DNA of 64,000 nt, taken from assembly GCA_964016885.1 (NCBI GenBank), contig OZ024741.1, positions 127,410,001-127,474,000 of the forward strand, in the 5' to 3' direction. A model generated the notes under the pieces. That model had not been told where the DNA came from. It searched no databases and saw only the letters and a list, made by a program, of their open reading frames with translations. The stretch's first letter is position 1. Each line of letters starts with the position of its first letter. The position numbers and the translations under genes were made by a program. This DNA comes from Eledone cirrhosa. Taxonomy: Eukaryota. This document shows positions 1-14,400 of this stretch, piece by piece.

Positions 1-460
1 CAGTGAATTGGCAGAGTCCTTAGAACATCAGATAGAATGCTAAAAAAGTACCAATCAAGTACTGGGGTTGATTCTTCCTCTATACCTCTGGAAGAAATCT
101 GTTGTATTCAGACCTGGAGAGGAGATGGGCTCCGCCACGTTTGAAAATGCCCAGAAACGCTGTATTGAGATACAGTGTCCCGACGACTCTCTTAGGAGTT
201 ACAGGACCGTACATATATATGTGTGTGTATATGACTATCTAAATATTTGTTTTTGTCTATTTCAGGCCTTCCCTCCCATACAACATCAAGCCAGAACTCA
301 GCACATCAATGTTTTGGAGCGCTACATCTGACAAATCGAGAATAAAAGTTGGATGTAGACAGAATCAATTACCTGGTCCTACTACCTTGCCTAGCCACTC
401 CTTCTTCTCATTCTCTCTCTCTCTCTCTCTCTTTTATCTCTATCTTTCTATCGCTATTTC

Positions 461-528
<68 letters not shown>

Positions 529-644
529 TTCTCTCTCTCTCTCATGAACTGTCTAATCTCTACTTCTGGTGATTTGTTAAATAGACTTTCAAATATCTAT
601 TTTTATATACACACACACATACGTATACACCCACCATATTTATG

Positions 645-686
<42 letters not shown>

Positions 687-1076
687 TGTGTGTGTGTATA
701 TATATTATTAGTATCACAATAAAATATACCTAGTTCACTCTGTAATGTTGTTGGCTTTAGGAATGGCATCCAAATGTAGAAACCATGTCAAAGTTGGAAC
801 CGATCAGGAAGACCTGGTCCCCCAACCTGTCTAGTGTCAGACATGCCAGTCTCTCCTTCTCTGTCTGTATGTATGTGTGTGTGTGTGTGTGTATATGTAT
901 ATATATATATCGTCGTCACTGTTTAGCGTCCATTTTTCCATGCTTGCATGGGTTAGACGAGTCGTCCACGCCAGGAGGCAAGTCTGGCCTGAGTTGGCCA
1001 CACCATGCCTTGCTCCGACGAGGACTTAAATTTGGCTGGATGCCCGTCCTGACACCAATCACATTTACGGTGAGTG

Positions 1077-1115
<39 letters not shown>

Positions 1116-4100
1116 GTAAATGGCTGTTGGTAATCTATACAAATGCACCCAGTATATTAAATACTGTGAATAAACATTCTAAATATGACATATATACACT
1201 GTAAAGATGAAATTATAAGTACAGGCAATTATATTCTTTAAAAACAGCATGTGAGACAGAGTGGGTATTTCTTTGTACTTACCTAAACACTCACATAACC
1301 GACAGCCTCTACAATCAGTTACATAACCGTATGACCGCTTGATACAATGTGTGATAGGACATATATGACGCTTGCAGCGAAGACAACCCTTTTTTGTGCG
1401 TTTGTAGCCGTACTTACAACCCGCTTACACAATCTGATTGGACATTTGTGTGGAGCCTTTGAACACTTACAGGTCTGACGATTCTAGTGATCCACTTCAT
1501 ATTTACAGGAAATAGAACAGTTGTTTTCATATGCACACCCTTATATAAATTTATATACATATGATGTGTGTGATTTTTATACACTTATATCACTAACAGT
1601 TATATGTTTTTGATGTAGTTGTATTTTTAATGCAATGTGTGTACAAGAATGGCATTTAAATACATTTGTGTGCGCACACACACACATACAATTGCTTCAA
1701 ACATACACCTATCCTTTAACTACAAATATTTGTATTGTCTACATCTCTAGTTTCAGTGACTCAAATAATTTCACCTTTAGTCAGCCATTAATGAGAAAAT
1801 ATTTTGGTATTTAAGCCTGCAGATGAAAGTTGGGTATTATTTATTTATTTTGTTTTTTTAATATCAGTTAGTTACAGCCATATAAAGTTGCAAATTGGCA
1901 GAGATGTTAGAACATTGGAGAGGACACTTTCGGTATTCGTTCCAGCTTTTTGCACTCTCTGAATTCAAATCTCACCGAGATCAACTTTGCTGTTTTTCCT
2001 TTCAAGGTCAATCCATAAATGGAGTACCAGTCCACTAATGGGGTCAATTCTTCCTCTATATTTCTTTCTTACTTCCTGTTTCTCACCCACTCCCTCTTTT
2101 TTTGGAAGAAATCAGCTGTGTGCAGACCTGGAGAGATGGGCTCCACCGGTTTTGAAAAATACCCAAGATAAGCCTTACAAGCCCATACATACAGCCATTT
2201 AACACTTTTGGTTGCATGCTGGCAAAAGCCAGCTCTGGTTCTATGAAACAAAACCACCTATTTTAAAGGGTTGCTTTTAGAATCTTCTAACACCCTAAAC
2301 ACTAGGCCTATGGACTATCACTAAATAATTCTGCTTAAATTGTCATTAGAAATAGTGATTGCCAGTTCTTTGTGCTGGAATATCTCTCAGTTAGTATGTT
2401 CATCATTGAAATTAACTGAGATCCATTGAAATGTTCCATCTATGCTAAAGTGAAATCCTGGGTTTTTTATGGAGGTAAAACAATGATGATCATGGTGTCA
2501 AAGTGAAATGTTGGATCATCAGTTTTCGTGCAAGATACTAAAATATGGAAGGGAGGGTCATTGCTGACAATAACTTTGCTTCAATTCTCCTCAAAATAAC
2601 TTTTCAATAATTTCTAAATGTAACCATTTTTAAGTTTTAACAACAAATGATTCAAGCTGGCACCAGAACTAATGTTGTTGTTATTTGTTGCTTTTTATCA
2701 AATGAAAAGGCAGCTGTTGGTAGATTATCTTTGGTTAAGCAATAAAACTACTGCAGAAAACAAGAAACCTTTCAAATGTGATTTATTTAGCTGCTAACTA
2801 CATAAACAGCTGTTGGCACAATATTACTTTGTATAGTTTTACTATATATATAAGATTGCATTGTTTTTCCTTGTATTGCACAAGGATTTATTATGCCAAA
2901 AAACAGTTTTTGCCTGTCTAATACAAGGATTATTTACATTATTGTCAAACTTCACTTTATCATAAAATATTCTCTGCAGATTGACTTAGCTTACTTTTCA
3001 TGATTTACACGACTACTGCCTTCCCCATCCCCTAACTTTGGATACTGCTCTCCACCCTGCCACCCCCAGTTTCACATACTTTTCATGATACAAGGTCACT
3101 GCTCTTCCTTCACTCACTAAACATTGAAGACAACTGTCTGTAAAATATGTTCATAATTCTAAAAGTTGTTATAGAAAACAAATATCAGTTTATTATCATC
3201 ATTTTACATCCATATACCATGCTAGCATGGGTTTTCTTGATTAGAGACCAGACAAGTCAGAGTGACCAATCTTGCTTATTACATTCCATATTTGGCATGG
3301 TTTCTATGACTGTATGCCTTTCCTAATGCCAACCACCTTATAGAGTGTACTGAGTATGTTTTGTTTTGTTTTTTGTGACACACCATTACCACTTTAGAGA
3401 GTGGACTGGGTGTATTTTATCATGATACTTGAGGTCAAGTAGGCCAGATTGAAGAGTCCTCTCAAACTTTTTTAATATACTTTCTGTTAATGTCAGTTAG
3501 AAGGAACCCTATACCCTGATTAATATACATCTTGTTGTTGTCACAGAAGGGACCTTATACACTGATTTTTAATTTAAAAGAAAAATCAATGGTTTATAGT
3601 TTGTTAAATTTTAATTTTTTAAACCCTAAAGTGGTTAGTGATAAAACAGACAATAATTGATAGAGAAAACTCTTTAGTCTTGTTCAAGACATGACAACCT
3701 CTCTAGTGTTGGTGCCATGATAAAATGCACTCAGTACACTCTGTAAAGTGGTTTACAATTAAATCAATGTTGTGTAGAGAGTACTTTTTGTTTTGTTCTG
3801 ACATGTCAACCTCTCTAGTGTTGGTGCCATGATAAAATGCAATCAGTACACTCTGTGGAGTGGTTTCTGCTAAAAGAGGCATCAAGTTGTAGAAACTGTA
3901 CCAAAATCTGGAATGTATGACTTGCAATGTGATCATCCCCAACCTATCTAGAATAAGAACTGACTTGGATTGTGACTTTCCATCCAATTCTGGCCAGCAT
4001 GGAATCTGGATGTATAATATGATGGTGGTGATGATGATGAATATCTGCCTGTTTCTTTTGTTTTTATTATCAGACAAAATGATGTAACGGAACTTCTGTT

Positions 4101-7100
4101 TTCATATCTATGAAAAGTTGTATTTACAAATATATATGTGTGTGTGTGTGTGTGTATACACATGTAAGATCCCCTTGGGTCATGTCACTCCTCTTTCTCT
4201 CTTTCTTCTCCCCACCTCTCTGTTATAAAGTGACTGCTGCCCTTTATGAACTCTACCATAGATATAGTGTAGAGAGAAAAGCTATAAATAATTTGTCCAG
4301 CTGAAGATTGTCATGTTCCATATATGGAAATCTATAGAAGACTTCACTTTATCAGTGTTATCTGAAAATAATAACAACAATAATAAGATATCAAATTCTA
4401 AACAAGAGAGAACATGTTTTACTACAACTTTGTTTATCTAATTAATAGATGCAGCATTACCCAATGTTTAATGAGTTCACTTCATAATCATTGGTTCCAA
4501 GTTCAATCCCATTGCATGGAATCTTGGGCAAGTGCTATTTACCATATTACATTATGGGTACAGGTGTCTTGGTATACTCAGCCACTTACATCTATAAGAT
4601 GGATTGTACCTGTAATTCAAAGGGTCAGCCTTCTTACACACCGTCATGCAGAACTTTTCTGAGAATTACATTAAGCATACAAGTGTCTGTGGAGTGAATT
4701 AATTTCATGAGCAGGCTGTTCTGTTGATCCATCATAGAAACTGATGGAGATCCATTCCATTATCTAACTAGTTCCACTAGGTGAAATGAAAAGTGAAAAT
4801 TATAAATTACATAGGGTAGTGGATTGGCAGACTTGTTAGTGTAGTGTGAGGATGGGGGAGGGGGTCATCTCATTTTACACATGTTTGATGCTCCACAGAG
4901 TGCACTGGGTTTATTATGACACCAGCACTAGGAAGATGGCCACAACTGAAGAATCTTTTCTACTGCTGGATGCCCTTTCTATCACCTACCATCTTACAGA
5001 GTGTACTGGGAGTGTTAATCATGTCACTAGCACTAGAGGGGGTTATTGTAAATTGATACAGCTAAGAGTCCTCTCAACCCTCTTAGGCATGGTTTCTATA
5101 GTTGGATGCCCTTCTTACCACCAACCACCTTTTAAGGTGTATTGGATGTTTATTATACCACCAGTACTAGTGAGATTGCTGGTCATTGACACACCTGAAG
5201 AACCCTCTTGACCCTAAAACAACAAAACATTTTAGTGGCAAGTGTGATTCAGTTCTTGTAAGTTCTATAAAAAAAAAGGGGGGTTTTTTTTCGTGTTTTC
5301 CATTTTTTTTTAAAGTTATCTGCAGGCTTTTCAGAAAACTAAAGGAAAAATAACTACAATACTTTAAACTGAAATCTTTTATTCAATGTTTAAACCAACA
5401 AGTGTTTTAAGATCATTTTACCTGCTAAAGCAGGGGTTAGCCTTGCAGGCCCCCATGAAAGTTTTTATATTAATAATGAGGTCCTTTTTGGAGCAAGGTT
5501 TTTAGTTGGATGATCTTCCTGGTGGAAACCATTTTAGTCACCTCTTACAACACACAGGTATACAATGTATCTATTCTGAACTAAGTACATAGATAGTACA
5601 GTATATCTATTCTAAACTGGGTACATTACAGGCATATATATATTGTTAAACTCTTAATGCCCTGTATCTCATGAAACCTCATTAGGAAAACATTCTTGAA
5701 AAGTACAAAACATCAAATTAAAAAAGGGACTCAATACTGCCAATTTTCACATTGATCTGTCTACTAGTAAAGAAAGGTACTATAAATATTTGAATTAACA
5801 AACCTTTAAATATTTTCTGCTAAATCATTACAGGATGTTATGGGTTAAATCAGCCAATCAACCTCGTAGGAGGCTGGCTTGACTTATGTCAGTGTGAGCC
5901 AGAACAGCAAGATGATACACCAAAGTTTGCCATCACATACATACACATACTTTAAATATTGCATAAGATCATTTTTCAATATAAACTCATATTTTAGATT
6001 GTTTACATATGATTCTGTGTGTGTAGAGAGAGAGAGATAGTAGAGGGCTTGAAGTGAATGTGTCTGTTGTTGCTATTAAAGCAATGAAGTAATTAAAAAA
6101 TACCTTTATTTTTATATGAAAACTGAACAACAAACATGAAATAGCAAATGAAGAATTTACTGGTTGATTTCTTTCTTTTAGAAGAAAAAAAACTGAACAT
6201 GAAAAATGTTATGTATTATGCATACTAACTCTTTAATGACCTGCATCACATTAAAAATTAAAGTCTTTACTTTAATACTGCAAATTTTCACAATCTGTCC
6301 ACTAGTAAAAATACTATAAACATTGACTTAAACACACTAGGTATTTTCTGCTAAATCATTACAAGATGTTACAAGTTAATGAGTTATTTTTGTTTTAAGC
6401 TGTTACAGGAAAAAAAAATTGATTATATCAATCAGCAAATTATTTTTTAAAAAATTTGACTCTCTCTTCTCTTCAAAATTTTATGAAACTTTGAAATTCA
6501 ATTTCGTTGGTATTTTCTTTTCCCGTTTTTGTTTCCTATATTTTCCAGCAAAAACTGTACAAAAGTGATATGTTAGGCTATAAAAGAAAAATACTACTAC
6601 CATCACCCATTCTCCTACACCTGTTGTATATGCTTTTAAAGTTTGAGAAAAAAAATGTCCTCCTCTACCCTCCATCATGACCAAGGCGAGGATTTGACAG
6701 TCACTAGGGTGTCTGGTTTTAAAATACCTCTGTATATATTTGTTCAGGATCATTGCACTCTGCATTCTAATCTTGCTGAGAGCAATTTTACCTTTCATCC
6801 TTTCAAGGTCAATAAATGATAAATGAGGTACTAGTTCAATACTAGGATCAATTCTTCCTTTCTGTGGAAGAAATCAGCTGTGTTCAGACTTGGAGAGGAA
6901 TGAGCTTTGCCAGGTTTAAAATGCCCATGACATGCTTTTGTTAGGATGGCATCCCTACAACTCCTTCCTTTCCTTTCCATCTTGACCAGCTTATGTTTGT
7001 TCATGCACCAATTTGATATATATATTATGTCACTGTTGTAACTAATTTTATATATATATAGTGCCAAGAGTTTCTGAAGAATAGATCAAGGAAAAAGAGT

Positions 7101-7223
7101 GCTCTATGTAATGTACAGAGCCAAAGTATATTATATGAAGTTCTCAATATGCATTTGTGTTGAGAACTTAGCCATATATATATATAAGTAGTGAGCCTTG
7201 TTGTGCTGGTGTTTCACCTACGC

Positions 7224-7258
<35 letters not shown>

Positions 7259-8547
7259 CTTACTTTTGGCGTTTATATTCTTGTGTAACCAACAACAATT
7301 GAATACACAAATCTTTTCATTTTCTTTCTACATGGTTCAGAAATGTGGTTGTGTTATTAAGGTGAGGTAACAATTTTTGTTTTAAAGTTAATCTGTCTCC
7401 ATCCTCAAGGTTCATATCAGGCCAAAGTTTATCCTGGTTTCATGTGGCATTTAAGCAACTGAGAATACAGAATTCCTCAATCTTGATGGTTATCTCCCCT
7501 CCCCTCATCCCACCCCATCCCATCAATTACTGCTGGCACTTTCTTTTTTGTTTTTGTTTTACTAACAAGTGATGTGAAATAAAAAAAAAATGCTTTGTTC
7601 AAAGGCAACACAACACCCAGTTTGGGAATTGAATTATGATCATGAGCCTCATACTCTAACCACTAGGCCACAACAAATTAACAATTATTTAACATATTCC
7701 TTTAGCCCATCTCTCATTTTTTTTTTTTTCTAACAAAAGAAGTATGAAAGCTTTTTTAATTGTACTGAATTATTTTAAGGGTTTTTTTACTGCTGGTTTG
7801 AACTCTTTTCTTGACTTGAATTAAGAAAACGGTTGAGTTTTAGTTTAATAATTACAATATCTTTGAATTTGATACTACTTGCACAGACAGTTATGTTAGT
7901 TTGTGTCCTGCAAAGATCAGTAGTACCTTACTGAGAAACAAGTAAGGGTGGGTGTCTGTCAAGAAGGATGCCTGACCATAAAATACTCACCCCTTTCCTC
8001 CTCTGCCCCTCCAAAAAAAATTTTTTTTTTCTTATCCAAAACATGGCAAAATGGATGTAAAAATGATGGCATGTATACTACCTGTTGAGAAGTACAGATG
8101 GCTGAGATGCTTAGAGTGCCAAAGCCCTATCTGAGAGGTTAGTGGTTCATATCTCAGCTCTGGTGTTGGTACTGTGATGTGTCTATGGTCAAAACACTTT
8201 ACTGCCAACTGATTCAGTCCACTTGACTGTGAATAAGTACCAGAGGGCAGGAGCATATTTTTGATGTACCCACCACACAGATACACTACTGTAAAACAGA
8301 CAAGTGGTTGGTTCATTAAACATGCAGTGGTGAAATCCAGCCCTGCTGTGAGTCTGTGGCTGATATGACCAGAAAAGCATGTTATACCTCAATGGGGCTA
8401 ATCACCCATTAATGGATACCACTGGACATCAGAAGTTTGAAAATGTGTTCTTTGATGGTGCTATATGTATTACAATATGCAAAATAGGAACAGCATTTTA
8501 ATATATATGTTTACGTACAATTTACATGTATATATAAAATGTGTTTG

Positions 8548-8585
<38 letters not shown>

Positions 8586-8713
8586 TTATGTATGCAAATG
8601 CATTGTATGTGAAATGATTCTGTCATAAAATTGTTGCTACACGTGATGTCACTTGTAGTGACAGTAAGTCCCAAGTTTAATCTCAAATCCTGTGATCTTT
8701 ATAAAATATAAAT

Positions 8714-8751
<38 letters not shown>

Positions 8752-8761
8752 ATATATATAT

Positions 8762-8797
<36 letters not shown>

Positions 8798-10207
8798 CAA
8801 CTTCTGATAATGTTTTTCTTCTTTAATTTGGAATTTTTTCTAAAAATGATATCTAATAACAGATGTCTTTAAATGATTGATACAATACCTATAAAGATTT
8901 CTTGGGCTGAATTTATTGATAACATCTTCCAATGTATTTTTGATTGACAGATTAAACAAAAAAAAATGGAAAATTGAAAAAAATTCATGTTTTTGTGTTT
9001 TCTTTTTTTTTACCTTTAGCATGCTAGAAGTTTTTGTGAATTGCTTCCCTTGGCACTGCATTATGTATTGAGGGGAGATTACTCTATTGGTGCCATAATG
9101 CACCTGTAGCATCAGAAGGTTAAAGGCCAGTCATATAATGCCTGCTTGTGAAGTGTGATTTTATAAGTTAGTGAGACATGGGCAGTGAATATAAATAATT
9201 GTTTCTACTTTTGGCACAAGGCCAGCAATTACCCAGTACATTACTGGTACTTTATTTTATCGACCCCGTAGCGATGAAAGGCAAAGTTAACCTCGAAGTG
9301 AGTATGATTTGATGGATGTGTGATATTAATATACATGGATGAGCTAAGAGAAAAACAGGGTGTAAGAGGAATCAGGAAAGAAGACTGCATTAACAAGACT
9401 ATAAGGGAATGCCCCTAAAATTTCCACATTTGAAAAGGAGATCAATTTCCTTCTCCCTCTTATAATGGGATATTTCTATGGGTAAAAGTTGTACCATTTT
9501 TTTTCACCTCAATGCTTGAGAACCTCTGCCTTAATACCATGGTTGACATAAGGAAGGGCATGTGGCTGTAGAAACCTGACCAAAATATGGAACATGAACA
9601 AGATCTTGAGGGTCTATCTTATATCTTGTCTCAGACTGTGATAACCTGTCTGACTTAATGAGCATGGAAATCGGGTATAAAATGGTGATGATGATGACTT
9701 TGCAACCACATGATATTGGGTTTTATCTCACTGTATAGCATGTGCTATAGCCATATCAGGCATTTTGGTAAATGGAAACTCTAAGAAAGTCTGGCGTATA
9801 TACAAATATGTGAGTGTGTGTATGTATGCAGCTGTGTGACTGCCTTTTGCACTCTTCTTAGCAGGATTTCCTCTGCAATGTTAAATGCAATCACCAGCAC
9901 CACCATTACACCCGTCACTACCACTATCATTGTTACCACCAACAACACCTCCACCACCATAACCACCTGTAGTGGAAAAGCAAAATAAAGCATGTTTATG
10001 CTTGTAAGTATTACACACACCCACAGGCTTATATACATATGTTCTTCCAATTACTTTCTATTTTATAACAAAGAAATCACAGACTTTGTGTATATATGCA
10101 TGTGTGTGTTTGTATATGTATGTATGTGTGTGTTTGTATATGTATGGAGAGAACTATATGTGAGTGTACACACATATATACATATGTGAAGGCACGTGGC
10201 TTAGTGG

Positions 10208-11000
10208 TTTATTCAATCAATGATATAATTACAGTTTCATTTTAGTATCTTCTACCATCGTGTGGGCTAATTTCTTATTCCATATGCAAAGAATGTCCTG
10301 TTTTTACTGCCAAAAATCACTTCTAGGGGAATTTTTACATCCATTGTGGTCTGTCCATTCAATGATTTTTGAAAAGACTGAAACAAATGGAAATCTGAAA
10401 GCACAATATTGGGCAAATATAGAGGATGTGGCAAAACTTTCTAGCCAAGCCCCAGCAACTTTTACAACATCAGCAAAGTGTGTGGTCTGGCATTGTGGTG
10501 ACGAATGACAATTCCCTTATGATTAGGATGTGATAGATGCTTCTGGTGAATTGCTGTGTTTTCTAGCTGGTCACAGTAGACATCCAAATTGACAGTCCTG
10601 CCTGTGGGAAGAAGTTTGTAAAAGACAACACCCATCCAATTCCACCAAATTGAAAGCATAACAAACACTCTTCGGGTGAAGTTCTGCTTTGGAGGTGGTT
10701 TACCACACTTCACATTCTTATAGACAGTACATTTTCCATCCCTTGTCACCATCCTCTTCAAAAAGTATTGCTTTTTTCACATTTCTACAAAAATTCACAG
10801 ATGTAAATCTGTTGGGCGAGTTTAGTTTCATTCAATCAATGTGGGACCCAAACATCGAGCCTGCTGACGTAACCAAGTTGATGCAGATGGTTTTCGACAT
10901 TCAATTTGGATATTTGGAGTATATCTGCAGTCATCATAGTTGTATAATGAAGAGTGGTGTTGACTAACTCATTCATTTTCTTGCTGAAGTTTAGTATATA
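10208..11000 (-). pseudogene. Decayed mariner (Mos1-like DD34D) transposase relic
   Basis: Minus-strand fragments read VWVPH, MVTRDGKCTVYKN (from VTGDEKW), VMLSIWWNWMGVVFYKLLPTGRTVNLDVYCDQLE, HHNARPH and LPHPLYLPNIVLSDFHLFQS (from HPPYSPDLAPSDYHLF). Several frameshifts and stops. Ends approximate. Confidence 0.85.
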
Positions 11001-11394
11001 TATGTAAAAGGACTCATCAGTTACATCAAAGACATTCCCTGGTGCCGGTGTCAATACGCAGCATAAACCAGTCATGGGCAAACTTCAACCCATTTGGCTT
11101 TTTAAATGGCATGCCTAACTTCAAAATAACCTTGAATTTTTTAGGAGTGTGGTCCTCCTTATGATAAGCCTATGGCACCCACTGCTAAAAAAAGGTCTCT
11201 GCCTGGGTGTAAACTGTGGAAATGTATGTGGCATGTGACAAGCTGCCCAACCTTTGCTAGGAGAGAAAACATGATAATGACGATAATATATATATATCGC
11301 ATAACAGTGAAGATTGAGCGAGACATCTGGCTTGAGTTTGTTTCTCTGGGTTCGATTTGTGATGAAATAAGAAATGTATGTGTGTTGGTGATAT

Positions 11395-11910
11395 GACAAA
11401 AAGCATCAGTCCACACTGTAAAGTGTTCATGTTGGCGACACAACAAAAAGCACCCTGTAAAGTGATTATGTTGCTGACATAACAAAAGACACCTGATCTA
11501 CCCTGTAAGTTGGTCATGCTGATGACAATGAAAAAGTACCCAGTCCACCCTGTATGGTGGTTATGCTGGTGACACGAAAAGGTACCCAATCCAACATGTC
11601 AGTTGGTCGTACTGGTGACAATGGAAAAGTACCTAGTTTACCCTGTAAGGTGGTCGTACTGGTGACAATGGGAAAAAAACTCAGTCCAAACTGTCAGCTG
11701 GTCATTTTAGTGCCATGATAAAAAGTACCCAGTCCACACTGTAAATGTGGTTGGCATTAGGAAAGATACCCAGCTATAGAAACCAAGTCAGAAACAGTTC
11801 TGTATGAACAAGACATGGTCATCTGATCTAATTTGTCTCCCAATGGGACAACTTGTCTAAAATGCTAGCATGGAAAATGGACATTAAATGGTGATGCTGA
11901 TGATGATGAT
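11395..11910 (+). repeat. Tandem ~44-bp units (gcacccagtccacactgtaaagtggt...) ending in an RTE-like 3' tail with (GAT)n
   Basis: About 8 degenerate repeats of ctggtgac...aaaaagtacccagtccaccctgtaaggtggt followed by ggcattaggaaag...gctagcatggaaaatggacattaaatggtgatgctgatgatgat. The same unit occurs in RTE 3' UTR copies (62675-62835) and at 55130-55410. Confidence 0.7.
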
Positions 11911-12074
11911 AATATTGCATGTCAAATCTCATCCCACAGCTGCCAACTTCCTACACTAATCGCATACACAATAACCCCTCAAATAAAGCAATAGTCCAAC
12001 AGACACCACAATCTTCATACACAAACAGCATTGTACAAACACAAACACACACACACACATATATATATATATAT

Positions 12075-12260
12075 GTAAGTAAAAGGTAAACAGAAATAAC
12101 AACACATTTGGTACAGTATATGGAAAGTATATATTAGGTTAATGCTTGATATAGCAGGAAGAGTGTCTTAACATTTCGGACGCTAGTCCTTCATCAGAAG
12201 AAAGGATGAGAAATAAAATAGATTGAGGGGACGGGCGGGAAGGAATTGGAAAAAAGTATT
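12075..12260 (-). mobile_element. Short dispersed repeat carrying a minimal type-I hammerhead ribozyme motif (Penelope pseudo-LTR / retrozyme-like)
   Basis: Minus strand 12201-12166 reads UCUU-CUGAUGA-A-GGAC-UAGC-GUCC-GAAA-UGUU-AAGA. Homologous flanks recur at 14070-14250 and 35215-35400. Confidence 0.65.
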
Positions 12261-13305
12261 TATATACATACACATTTTTTTCTTTTTTCTTTGAATCTTA
12301 TCTCCTCTTTGATAACTCTTCAACAATCTAGCTTCCTACCAATTTTTTTATATTTTTCAAAATGGCTGATTAACAACAATACATGTTTTCTATCCTATCT
12401 CCCCTTTTCTTTTTTTTTTTTTACTCTTGTCTAACTTCTGTTTTCTTTCATTCTATGTTTCAATGAAAGGCTATTGTCCAACATATTAAGGCTCCTTCTC
12501 AACTTTATCAAGTATTAAAGCAGTATACCATCATTGCTTTGTATTTATTATTTATCCATGCAAGTATGGAAAAACGGATGTGAGATAATAATGGTGATGA
12601 TGATAGCATAGTACCCAACAAAAATATGAGATTTATAGTAAAAGATAATCTTATATTACTTAGTTACAACATCCCATATAAAGATGCTTGACTCTTCAGT
12701 TTTACCTTCTTCCTCGTAACATTGGTCATCATCATATTTCATAATACATTCATTTAAATCAATTACAATTTTTTTTTATGTTTACTTTAATTATTAGCCA
12801 ACACACATTCATTATATTAAAGTCTGTTTGTCTATCTCTCTTTGAACTGCTATTGGAATTTATGCTTTGTTACTGTTATTGTTGTTCTTGTCCAAAGATA
12901 GATATATATTGGTAAATATACATAAATAATTAACAATATATTGCAAGTCAGACAGACATATAGAATGAGAGGAAGATAAGTAGATTAATAGACCGGTAGG
13001 TAGATAAGTAGATAGATATACAGATATGTAGATAGATATATTGATAGGTGGGTAGCTAAATTGACGGTTAGATAGATAGAGCTTGTATTTATTGTCCAAA
13101 GATAGATATAATGTTTTGTAGCAATATATAGTTGTTATCTGATTACTGGCCATGTTGTCAACAGTGTTGTGAAAGAGAGGGGGAAGGATATTAAATCACC
13201 ATTTCCCAAACAAATCTAGCACAAAGTGGTTGTCATAAGACAATTAGAATAAAGGTGTATATATAAACACACATAAATAGTTGTATGAGAGTGTATGTGT
13301 ATATA

Positions 13306-13345
<40 letters not shown>

Positions 13346-14257
13346 TCATCATCATCCTCGTTTAACGTCCATCTTCCACGCTAGCATAGGTTAGATGGAA
13401 GTTGTCCCACTTGAGGCAAGGTTGGTCGGATGACCGTGTCTCGCTCATATAGGACTATCTGGCAGATTTTCTATGGCTGGATGCCCTTCCTAACACCAAC
13501 CACATTTACAGTGTGGAACTTTTTACCGTGTTACCTACACGGCCACATAACAGTGTGGACTGTGTGTTTTTTTGTCATGACACCTACACATATATGCACA
13601 TATATATGTGCATCTGTACATATGTGTGTGTGTGAAGACATTTGGCTCAGTGGTTTCACAATCATGAGGTGGTGAGTTTGATTTCTGGACTGGGCTGTGC
13701 AAATTGTATCCTTGAGCAAGACACTTTATTTCACGTTACTCCAGTTCACTCATCTGTAGAAATGAGTTGTGACATCTCTGGTGCCAAACTGTATCAGCCT
13801 TTGTTTTTCCTTTAGATGCCATCAGCAGCGTGGAAAGGAGAAACTGGCATATATGGGTGACTATTAGTCTTCTACAAAACCACCTTGTCTGGGAACTTTC
13901 TAGGTGCAAAATCCATTAGTCTGTTAGTTGGTATTTTTAAAAAAACCCTCTGAATGGAAAAAAGGATGAGTATTGACGTTCATGGGACATAACCCACATC
14001 TTTGGTTTGCTGGACCAATGTGTTACCACTACACCAATATACAAATAACACACACATACACATATATTCAAAAGGCAAACAGAAATAACAAAGTAAACAA
14101 TACAGCACAATGAAGAAATATATTAGTCTTACGCTTGATATAGTTAGAAAAGAGTCTTCACGTCTCAGACACTCAGTACTTCATCAGATAATAGAATGAG
14201 AAATTAAAGAAGGAATCAGAACAGAATAGTGGAGGAAAAGTTGTTTATATATACACA

Positions 14258-14400
14258 CAGTACTGGATTTACCGTTGTGCTTAGGTGTGCTTAAGCACAG
14301 AGCCCTCTTGGCCAGGGGTGTCCATCTTCCTGCTAAAAGAATTTTTGGGGCCTCATAACTTAACTAACACAGGGCCTCATTTGTCCTAAATCTGGCACTG
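14258..14400. mobile_element. hAT-like MITE
   Basis: Imperfect TIRs cagtactggattta / taaatctggcactg; flanks tatacaca / tatataca resemble an 8-bp TSD. Confidence 0.5.

Noticed and set aside
266-380. Acceptor tttcag followed by short open frames, a possible last exon of an upstream gene
   Set aside because: No recognisable protein motif, and the frame cannot be fixed without upstream sequence.
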